From the NCBI GenBank assembly GCA_000708835.1, contig DF237512.1, forward strand, positions 1-58,384: a stretch of DNA of 58,384 nucleotides, written 5' to 3'. Source of the stretch: Klebsormidium nitens. Lineage: Eukaryota > Plantae > Klebsormidiophyceae. Position numbers and translations under genes: made by a program. Below are positions 1-9,200 of the stretch, piece after piece; within the stretch, counting starts at the first letter, position 1, and every line of letters begins with the position of its first letter. A model generated the notes under the pieces. The model had not been told where the DNA came from. It saw nothing but the letters and a program-made list of their open reading frames with translations, and did not search any database.

Positions 1-174
1 GCGATGGTGGTTCGAGAGGGAGATCGATATCAAGTTCAAAGGTTCGTTGGCATACCGTCGCGGTGTAGAGTAGCACGAAGAACCTCAATCGGAAGTACTA
101 GGCCTTGCGCGAGGCGTTCGTTTGGCGCGAGTTTTTTGATCTTCCCTAAGTAAGACACTGAGACCTTCAACACC

Positions 175-648
175 ATGCAGAGCATGATTGACTCTCAAGC
201 CAAGAGGTACAGTCAAATTGAGGAGTTTTACAATGAATGCCTCAAAAAAGCTGTAGGCCGCATTAAACGCACATATACTGAGGAACGATGCACAAGCATG
301 GTTCTTAAGGTGGGTGAAATTGCTGGATTGAAAGGATTTCTCCCCCCTTATTGCATGCTCGACCTTGTCAAGGTAATACGCTTCGGGCTTGAAAAAGCCG
401 GAGTGAAAGTACGTAGATGCCACGACCCCCATCATCTCTCTGTCGAGTGGAGAGGCGTTTTGAAGAAACCCACCGTGACCCAACCGTCCGGTGCCAGCAC
501 ACAGAAGCATGCGGCGGCGGATGGTGGGCCACGCTTTATCTTCGACGGAGAGCGCGGTGCAGTTCCGATGCTCGAAGTACTGATGAATCCCGCAAAATGC
601 AAACCGGACTATATCTCTAAGAATGGAGCGATTGATGTTACGGGTTAG
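175..648 (+). CDS. Giant-virus-type hypothetical protein, DUF5759-like
   Basis: 157-aa intronless ORF. The segment FYNECLKKAVGRIKR...VGEIAGLKGFLPPYCMLDLVKVIRFGLEKAGVKV...PHHLSVEW follows the pattern I recall for the NCLDV DUF5759 family (Y..il.r...kI...vPe...G.P.yd...i...L...Gf.v...pn.l.isW). Recognised by eye only. Confidence 0.5.
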   Translation: MQSMIDSQAKRYSQIEEFYNECLKKAVGRIKRTYTEERCTSMVLKVGEIAGLKGFLPPYCMLDLVKVIRFGLEKAGVKVRRCHDPHHLSVEWRGVLKKPTVTQPSGASTQKHAAADGGPRFIFDGERGAVPMLEVLMNPAKCKPDYISKNGAIDVTG

Positions 649-698
649 CACCCATGCCCCGTCCCTCGTTCGTAACTCCGAACCATTTCAACCATCTC

Positions 699-1229
699 TC
701 AGTAGCCCGACGACGACGAATCATGATCGTCTGTGATGGGGGCCGCTTGGCGTTGTCGCCCGGAGCCCCTTTTTGACGGCTTGTAAAGCGCTTTAGGAGT
801 CGTCGTCGCTTTCGGTTTTCTTCGGTTTGCTTGTGGAGTCAAAGCCTCGAAGGCTTCGATCGAGAGCTTCGTAGCGCTCGTCCTATAGGACCCCTCAAAG
901 CGCATATCATGAGGTCTTTGGTTCTCTGGCAACGCATGTAGAGATACCTGGTATGCGTATTCTTTGTGTTTGCTGCCTCTCGTCGTTTCTGCAAGCAATA
1001 CATACGCCTTGAATGGGAGGGTTGCTGACTTGGGGGCAGATGCCTTGAGCTGCCGATACAAAGCGCTTCCTGCTCGACAACCAGCCTGTACGACCCGCCC
1101 TCTCTCCGCATCGATCTCGAGCCGTGAGTCATCCAGCTTGCTGGACTGGTCCAAGCACTTTTTATCAAGAGCCTTTACGACCTTGAATGATCGTCGATTT
1201 CGCTTGTTTCTTGGCGGCAGATCCTCCAT
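699..1229 (-). CDS. MC1-like (non-histone chromosomal protein) DNA-binding protein of NCLDV type
   Basis: Likely ATG at 1229 (MEDLPPRNKRNRRSFKVV). Contains RSFKVV and YVLLAETTRGSKHKEYAY, matching the 'RsFkv...L.EtTRGSkkK.y.Y' signature of viral MC1-like proteins. Basic Lys/Arg-rich tail. Confidence 0.6.
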   Translation of the reverse strand: MEDLPPRNKRNRRSFKVVKALDKKCLDQSSKLDDSRLEIDAERGRVVQAGCRAGSALYRQLKASAPKSATLPFKAYVLLAETTRGSKHKEYAYQVSLHALPENQRPHDMRFEGSYRTSATKLSIEAFEALTPQANRRKPKATTTPKALYKPSKRGSGRQRQAAPITDDHDSSSSGY

Positions 1230-1606
1230 ATTCAATGGTATGATAATAAATGCACCAGGGGTCGGCAACATAGCGGCTCCCCCTGATGCGTTTTCGGAGT
1301 CCGTCTGTGGAAGGCTAAAAGCATGTCCCGTCTCACGTCGACTTGTCAAGCAGAATGCACTATTAAATGCGAACGGCCTCCCTTGGCTTTTAGAATACTC
1401 CAATGTTTATTTACTGTAAATAGAATTACTGATATTTTGAACCCAAAGCGCTTTGATAATTTCATTGATTTATAAGTGTCCGAGGGCCTCCAAAAAGATG
1501 CCCAGAACCCCTTGGGAAAGAGACCCACGGAATCGTGCTCCCCCCCCCCAGGGCACTTGCTTCGGTTTATTCTGAGAATACTTTCTTACGAGAGAGTATC
1601 ATCTCC

Positions 1607-2659
1607 ATGGCATCTGAACAGTCAGCCCCAGCAACCGATGATGACGTGAAGAGAGTCGTATGCGGAGAGACTTTCTGTCATAACCTGCTTAATGACGGCA
1701 TCGCAAGGGCATCGACGACATGCATTCAATACATGGCAAGCCTAACTTATATTTATAAGCTGCTGAACAGGGGAACGGTTATGCCGCCCAACGTCGAGTG
1801 GATTCGCAACGACATCGACCGCCTCATCCCCTTGCTGGAGAAAAAGTATCCAAACAAGGGCACACTATGCAATAAATACACCCCGTTGATGACCGTGTCC
1901 AAACAACAGGGGTGGATGGAGTCATACAACCGATACTATCATAGCTTCTTGATCGCAAAAACAGCGCAAATCTCTCAAGCAGGATCGCAAAAAGCCACCC
2001 AAAAGGAAGAAACGAATTGGATCGACATGGGCGAGATCAAACTGAAGATGGAAGAGCTAGGAAGGCGCATAAGACGCCAAATCCTCCCCGAGTTCCGCGC
2101 GAGCCGGAGACCGCTCGGTCAAGACGAGGTGAAGTGTGTTTTTCAACACCTCGTGCTGGCAGCAAACGTCCTCGAGCCCCCCAAACGACGTGATTGGGGT
2201 AACCTTCCAATTCGGAAGCTGGACGGCACCTTCTACAATGAAGCAGCGAAGGCCCTATATGAAGAGTTTGGCAACGAACTGGTCGAGAAAGCCACCGATA
2301 CATATGTCATGGTCCTGAAGACGTTCAAAACTGCCAAAAAGTTCGGTTTGCAGGAGTTCGAGTTGCCAAAAAGGCTCTCACACTACATCCAGCGCTCGAT
2401 TGAGCTAGTTCCCAGGGCCTATTTTGTGACTTTGCTGAGCGACCTCGGCCAGCCCATGGGGGATAATTATTGGACGCAGTTCATTCGAGAGATTCCATTT
2501 TCCAAGGGCCGCCACCTCACGACGAACCATCTGCGGCACGTTTTCGTGACCGATAGATACAACAAAGACGCCTCACTCTCCGATCGACAGTCCGTTGCTG
2601 GTCGAATGCTTCATAGCGTCTCGACACAGATGCGAAGCTACGAGAGGAAACGCAGCTAA
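1607..2659 (+). CDS. Tyrosine recombinase / integrase (viral / Polinton-like-virus type)
   Basis: Open 350-aa frame from the ATG at 1607. Catalytic residues appear in order: R (PPKRRDW), K (TFKTAKKFG), (N)HLRH, H (RMLHS) and the C-terminal Y (TQMRSY). Confidence 0.85.
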   Translation: MASEQSAPATDDDVKRVVCGETFCHNLLNDGIARASTTCIQYMASLTYIYKLLNRGTVMPPNVEWIRNDIDRLIPLLEKKYPNKGTLCNKYTPLMTVSKQQGWMESYNRYYHSFLIAKTAQISQAGSQKATQKEETNWIDMGEIKLKMEELGRRIRRQILPEFRASRRPLGQDEVKCVFQHLVLAANVLEPPKRRDWGNLPIRKLDGTFYNEAAKALYEEFGNELVEKATDTYVMVLKTFKTAKKFGLQEFELPKRLSHYIQRSIELVPRAYFVTLLSDLGQPMGDNYWTQFIREIPFSKGRHLTTNHLRHVFVTDRYNKDASLSDRQSVAGRMLHSVSTQMRSYERKRS

Positions 2660-2994
2660 GTGGCCTCGATCGACATGTCAGTTACAAATCTCATCATGTT
2701 GTCTTCTTCCTCAGGATTTTCGAAGGTTTGAGGCGTTGTAACTGGGAAGCCAGCCTCCAGCAACCTTTCGAGCGTTCTTTTCTGCGTCTTGCCTCCGGTC
2801 TGATACCTCTGATATGCTTGAGTCAGGACCATCGAATCCCTTTTTCGTGCATAATATTGTCTAACGGACCGCTTGTGTGCTCCCGGATCCTTGAAATAGG
2901 TCTTTCTAGCCGACAAGCAATGCCTGCACTCGCAAGTGAAAATTTCGTTATCATACGTATCCTTTAGAGGCTGGTCTGTGGTTGCAGTAGCCAT
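2656..2994 (-). CDS. Small basic hypothetical protein, virus-like
   Basis: About 112-aa intronless ORF convergent with the recombinase and overlapping its stop. Has a CxCxxC motif and a 'RQYYARKRDSMVLTQAYQRYQTG..TLERL' helix resembling small NCLDV proteins. Confidence 0.4.
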   Translation of the reverse strand: MATATTDQPLKDTYDNEIFTCECRHCLSARKTYFKDPGAHKRSVRQYYARKRDSMVLTQAYQRYQTGGKTQKRTLERLLEAGFPVTTPQTFENPEEEDNMMRFVTDMSIEAT

Positions 2995-3083
2995 CACTAG
3001 CTTGAAGCTAGAAAATATTATTCAGACTCGCCCGCACCGCGTTCCCTCCTCGTAAAAATTTTCCCCATCAACCCTAAGGAGAG

Positions 3084-5914
3084 ATGATGCAAACGACCAA
3101 CGCCACTTGCTCTCTCAAGCCTACCATCGACGCGCCTGCACTCGAGACCCCTGAGGCGGAACCCTCCGCGGAGGAGGCAGCGACCCACGGCGCCCATGAT
3201 ATCCGGCTGGTGTCCACTCCCCCATTGGACATCAAGCAAGAGATTCTGCGCCTTGCTGACCATGGTTTGTACGGAATCCCGGTGCACATCACAATCGACT
3301 CACGAGGCAAGAAGCGGAGCCGGTTCCCTTCCACTTACAAACACATTGTCACCGTGGGCGATTGGCAGGAACACATCGGCGCAGTGCTCGATGCATTTGA
3401 AAACCCCAATGGAGTGGCCATACTGATCGGCACATTTGTCATCGATATCGACGTGGGAGAGAGCAGTGATAAGAAGTCGGGGATGGACTATTGGCACGGG
3501 CAAGTGATGGAGCATGGGGAGCCTGAGACACTCTCTGTTCGCACAGGCTCCGGAGGCCTCCACTACTACTTTCGGCTCGATGAAACGACCGGCTTGCATG
3601 AAACTACCAACTTTGCTGGACTCACGCTCGATGTGCAAAAGTTCGGCGTCGACGGACGCGGCATGGGAGGGGTAATCTTTGCACCGCCAAGCACGTATGG
3701 AGATGGAACGGATCGCGAGTACACGTGGGTGACCGAAGACAATGGTAAGATCAACGGTATGCCCCCGTGGCTTGTGAGCTTGATCAACCGAGGGCGCGCC
3801 TCGGAAGGGGTCTTGAGGCATGCAAAGGGCCGAGTGTCTCATGACAAGGAAGTCGATCTCGAGGAGATCGAGCCAGAGGCCGTCGACGACGCAGAGGCTG
3901 GCGGGCCTGCAACCAAGGCGGCTCCGGGCTCGGCACACGAGGAAGTGAAGCAATTGGTGAGGGAGAGAGGCAAGGATCGCCATTCTTTCTACACCGGCTC
4001 GACCGTCCTACCGGACGGCAACAGATCCTTTCAGTTCAGGGTCAAGGGGTCGCGCCAATGCTACCTGGGAAAATTGCACAGAGGGTCCAACAACTTTACG
4101 GTGATTCAAGGGTGCACCGGTGATTTCCAGGAGTTGTATTACAATTGCTTCGGGTCCGGTTGCTATGGGAGCAAGCCGAAGCTGCTGGGACGTCTCACGA
4201 TAGCGGGTGCTCTTGAGCAAGCTGGGGGTGGTGCTTTTGGACCCAAGGACCATCAGCCGTCGAGCCTCACTAAGCTGGCCGCTAGGTTCTCCGACCCGTT
4301 CATGCTGTCAAACGTGAGTAGTAAGAGCGATTTTGGTAGTGCTTTGATATTCAGCAAACTTTTCGAGCATGACAGGCGGGTGGTGTACGACTCGGGGAGA
4401 TTCTGGACGTGGGATGCGACGAGTTGGGTGCCGTCCGATACGGAAGCAGCTCTGCTGAAGACCTCGTTTATGTACCACATGGGACGAGTCAAATCGTTTT
4501 GGTGCGATCGGCTGGAACGCGCTGTTGCCGAAAAGGTTCAGCCGTTGACGACTCGCAGAGACAATGCTCTGAACGAACTGCAGTCCCGGGCCTCGGAGAG
4601 TGCGGACGAAGAGCGAGAAGGGCGTCTTGAAGGGCATTCAAAAGGCGGAGAAGGCTATCATGGCAGACTTCGACATGGAGATGAAGAAGATACCCGAACC
4701 GGTGTGGCGTGGGGCAGCGGTCGAGTCTGTTCCCATCGCTCAAAGGTGTCTCATTCCTTTGAAAGTGAATCTACGAGTGCGGGATTTTGCAAGCTCGCTG
4801 AATGCTAATCCGCGACTATCTGAACACCACATGCGGCTCGATCGACCTCCGAACGGGGGAGCTGTATGCTCACCATCCGAGCAACATGCTCTCGAAGGAG
4901 ATTTGTACCCTTTATGAGGGTGCAAGTTATCCATCACCGCTCATCGACCAATTCATGGCTGAGGTGCTGTCCGAGGACATAGTCCCCGTTATGCAAATGA
5001 CGCTTGGGTATGGCATCACAGGCCACAGCAAGGAAAAGCAATTCATCGTCATGCATGGCCCAACGAACAGCGCAAAGACAAAACTCGTCACCATGGTCCG
5101 AGAGTGTACCGGACCGTACTGCGTTTCGATGGCCCGCGACTGCGTCATTGGCGCAGGTCAGCACTCAGAAGGGGCCGCCACGCCGCACCTTCTTATGCTC
5201 GATGGAGCGCATATTGCAGTCCTCGAAGAGACTGAGGACTCGGATATTTACAATGGAGCATCGGTGAAGGCGATCGCGTCCGGCGATGGGAGCATGACGG
5301 TAAGGGGGTTGCACAAGGACCCCGTCGAGGTCACCATGAGGTGTTTGCCGATCATATGCACCAACTCATTGGCAAAGTTCAACGCAGGAGATACGGGCAC
5401 CCTCAATAAGCTGAGGATTTTTCCGTTTGAGCACGAATTCGTTGAGAATCCGAGGCCTGGAACCAACCAGAGATTACGAGACACCGATCTCATGGATAAG
5501 ATCAAGAGCCCCGAATGGAGGAAGCAGATGCTGGCTTGGTTGGTGCGTGGCAGCATGATGTGGTACGAGCGGGGCACTCTACCGACGGTCGAAGAGTTGC
5601 CTGCGGCCATGGGCAAGGCGCTCGAGAGCTACTCAAATGACAACGACCACTTTGGGAACTTCATCATGGACAGATGCATCATACAGCCGAGCGAGAGGTG
5701 CCACGTGAGGCCACTAAAGGAGGCGTACGAGATGTACATGGGCAGGCTCCAACGGCCCATGATCGAGAATGACTTCAAGACATTGATGCGGACACTCATT
5801 CCGAATGGGGTCGTGTACTCGCTCGGAGTAAAAATCAAACGAATCAACAGCACTGGATACAAAGGTATAGGTCTGCTCGAGCCGACCGAAGAAGAGTCGG
5901 AAGAGGAACAATAG
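3084..5914 (+). pseudogene. Bifunctional Prim-Pol + Zn finger + D5-type SF3 primase-helicase, split by two +1 frameshifts
   Basis: Prim-Pol motifs: VIDID, TGSGGLHYYF, GVDGRG.GG.IFAPPS. Cys/His cluster: RQC...H.GSNN...YNCFGSGC. D5_N region: SDFGSA..F...YDSGRFWTWD. SF3 motifs: Walker A HGPTNSAKT, Walker B AVLEE, motif C IICTN. Frames shift at ~4575-4620 and ~4810; removing one C restores LNANRDYLNTTCGSIDLRTG. Confidence 0.88.
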
Positions 5915-5944
5915 ACAGCGGCGAGAGACGAGCAAGTCGCGAGA

Positions 5945-6234
5945 GGTAGGTAAGGTAGGCGGGGGTAGGTCCGAAGGTAGGTGTCAAAAAAGTTCCGTTT
6001 TCCGATTGATTTGCGTACTGTTTTGTAACTAGGTAGTTAAAGTAGTTATAAATTTCGTTTTTTATATATAGAAGAGAAGAGAAGCTTTTTCTCACACCAC
6101 ATCAATTGCTCATCTGCTGTATATACAAAGAAAGCTGGGAGACAACTACCTCCCTACCTCAACTTCCTTCAAAATCATCGACTGATCATAGGACTGCAAC
6201 CGTGTAGGACTGCCACTACCTGAACTACCTCCCT
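5945..6234. repeat. Inverted iteron-like GGTAG(G)/CTACC array flanking an AT-rich core; candidate replication origin
   Basis: GGTAGG at 5945, 5954, 5964 and 5976; GGTAG at 6032; AT-rich core ~6040-6075; CTACC at 6146, 6154, 6216 and 6225; aactacctccct repeated at 6144 and 6223. Confidence 0.6.
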
Positions 6235-9200
6235 AAGAGCACTGCCCTAAAGGCCTCACTCCACAGCCTTGCCGGCACAGCTATGGACAGCTTTGCGTCG
6301 TCTACCCTGCTCAGGTCGACGTTGAAGCCGCTCAACAGGATTGGGAGGAAGACCATTAGACTCTGGAGTCCGGAGTACCAGCCGAGGATCCGGAACTTCT
6401 TCAGAAAGCTGTTCACGGACTCCACAGCCGAGGTGTTGACCCATCGAAGAGCGTCGTAGTACTCCGTCGCGTTGCTGGGACCACATTTGTGCACCTCTGC
6501 CCCGGCTTTCGCATAATGGAACCTGCATGGAAGCGAACGCTGCATGAACAACCGCACAATCGCAACGCTCCCGCCCTTTGCCGGAATTACTCAGCCGCAC
6601 ATGAATCGACCTGCAGAAGCCGAAGCTTTTGATTGAGCAGACGCTTACCTGTCAACGACGAAGGTGACGGCGGAGAAGAACGCCGGCTCCCTTCGCATGC
6701 AATAATTCCTCAGCTGGCATGCATTGTCATAAACAACGAATTTGGGGAGATCCTCCCGGTCCTTGCGCGTGTACAAAACCGCGAACGCATCGCGGGGGCT
6801 CTCCCCTCGGAGGAAGAAGTGGAAGCCCGAGATGACCCGGTGCGGACAGCAAAAGACGAAGGCGCCCCGGCTGCGGTGGGGGCGCTTGCCCTTCTTCGTC
6901 GACTTGCTCCCCCCCTTGACCAGCCCCGGGACGTTCGCGGCGTCCCAGTCGCCCACCGTCTGCCCGGTAGCGCACTTGAACTCCTCTGACGTCCTGCTGC
7001 GTCCGTCCTCATGCTCGAAGGATGCGTATCGCGGCAAGCCCCGTCGCTGTTCCCACCCCGGCAGCGCGTAGTGCCCCAACACATCCTGCTCGGCTCTGAG
7101 GGTGTGCCCAGGAGGGAGCGGATGCATCCGGTCGCCCTCCTCGTCCCGCCCCAGCCGGCCGCGCAGCACCCCCCTCTCTAGCTCGCCCATGGCCTCCCAC
7201 TGCAGTACGTTAGGCTGCGAGCCCTCCACGCCCCGGAGCAGGTCTCGCGCGCTCGTCCGAGCCTCTGCCAGCGACGCGGCCTCCGCCTCCGTGAGCGGGC
7301 CCCGCTCCCGACTGAGGTGCTGCAGCTCGACCGCGCGCCCCAGCGGCCGCAGAGCGGCGACGACCCAGCTCTCTAGCAGTCCATCGCCGTAACCGGTGTT
7401 GCCGCGTGCCAGCAACGTGAGCTCGTAGAGGTGGTGCAGGGCGGGCAAAAGGAAGACGGGAAAGCGGTGCCCGCCCTGGGCGTCCAACACGCGGCGCAAG
7501 ATGGGAGAGTGCTCTCCGAGTTGGCGGCGGTCCTCGACGCTCGCGTCCCTCCCCAAGAGCAGCTCCCGAACCACAGCCAGCCCGTCGGAGTGGCCAATGA
7601 TGCCGTCATCCGAATCGTGCGCCCCAAGGTCATATAGCAATTCACCCCACTCACACGGCCAGTGCTCCCATAGACGCGGGCTCCCACCTCTTGCCGCTTG
7701 CTCGAGCTCGATTCCCTCCAACAGTCGCAGCATCGTCCGGTTCTTGTCCCGGACCATCTGGCGCTGCTCGACCAACAGCCGACGCCGAGTGTCCGCGGGC
7801 ACTGGACCCTCTCCATCCCCCGGAACGAACTTTGTCACGAGCAGCACATTTTCCCTGCCGAGGGCCCCCTTCAGACCCATGTACTCGGCCTCGCTCAGTG
7901 GCTGGCCGAGCTTCTCGCTCTCGGATCGATGCCTGGAGACGCGCGCAATCAACTCCCGCAGCTCCGGTTGCAATACCAAGCGCCGTTTCATGCCTCCACC
8001 CTCTAGCCCTGCTGCGCAATAGTCGCGCCCCGCAACCGATTGCTTCTCGAGCGCGGCACCGTCCACGGACCGCCCCGGATGCGTGAACGGCCTGCGGAAG
8101 TCGTGCGAGGTCGATCCCAGCCCTCCAGGGCGCTTTCCTCCGTCGGAGTTGGAAATTCCCACGATCCCATCGCTAAGTTCTTCTAAGGACCTGTGGGAGC
8201 CAGTGAGCCGGTTCATCAAATGATCCGTCACCCGGTAGAAGCAACATGTGCAAGGACTTGCGGGTTCCATCGAAAGCATGCCTTGAGTTGAGCAGGGAGG
8301 CCTGAGCCCTTTCCTGCTTTCAAAAGCATCTCAACTGCTATGCCCTTCCAAGCGGCCTTAACTTAAGCTCTTCTTCAATCAAGATGCTCACCTCCGGGTG
8401 CGGACCGCATATGCTGCAGCACTCCAGGATCTGCCGCCCCACCAGCCGGAAGAAATCAAGGCTGGCCTTCCGCCACGTCTCCTCGGATAGCACGGCGGAC
8501 TCTGGAGCCCTCCGGAAGGCCTCCTGCTGTCCCTCCAGCAGTGCCCCGAATCCCGACTGCCCCCGCTGCATCTGCTTCAGCAACAGTTGTAGGCTCTCCT
8601 GTACAACAATCGTCTGGCGGCTCCAAACGTACAGCCCCAAGTGCTCTCCGTCGAAGTGGATGGTGTGCTTCCTTGGGCACTTGCAAGAGTAGATTCTGGT
8701 GCGCACGGCCTGACTCCAAGTCGAGGCATGCACTACCGCGTCCTGCCAGAGTTCCACCCACTTCCCACCGCACGGAGGCGGTTCGAGAGGGCACGGCGCG
8801 CTCAGCATCCCGAGCTCGCCCAGCTCTTGGAAGTCCCTCCCCACCAGCTTGCTCACTCGAATCGGTCCGCATCTGAGCCGCATCACCCAAGGGTCGTGGA
8901 AGTCAGGCGCGTCGCTCAGCTGGCTCAACTTCGGCTTGGTCACTTGGACGGCCTGTGTCTCCTGAACCATGACGGGAGCCCTTCCTACCCCCCCGTGCTG
9001 GCACCCCCGCTGGGCACCCTCCAACGTGCAGCTGCCGCAGGAAGAAACCCAGCATCGGATTGCTTCCTTGCCCAGCGCCTCTGCGGGCGGCTCCCGCACA
9101 CTTTGGGGTGCCACAGTCAAAGGACCCCCGCCCGCATGACTCCTATACCACTGCTTGCTCCTGCGCACCCCCCGCCATGGCTCGCTCACGCCCAGCCCGT

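Larger units (their letters stand above)
1..6230. mobile_element. Endogenous virus-like / integrative replicon segment (NCLDV-type small genes + tyrosine recombinase + PrimPol-D5 helicase); left end lies outside the window
   Basis: Five closely packed intronless ORFs with short AT-rich spacers (about 1400-1480 and 3000-3080), unlike the multi-intron host genes downstream. The encoded motifs are typical of large DNA viruses and Polinton-like viruses. No capsid or A32 ATPase gene is visible in the window. Confidence 0.8.

Noticed and set aside
85-651. 188-aa minus-strand ORF
   Set aside because: Antisense to the DUF5759-like ORF, non-ATG start, no recognisable motif.
1-6230. Complete Polinton-like virus or virophage
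   Set aside because: No capsid, penton or A32 packaging ATPase is visible in the window, so it cannot be called without the left flank.
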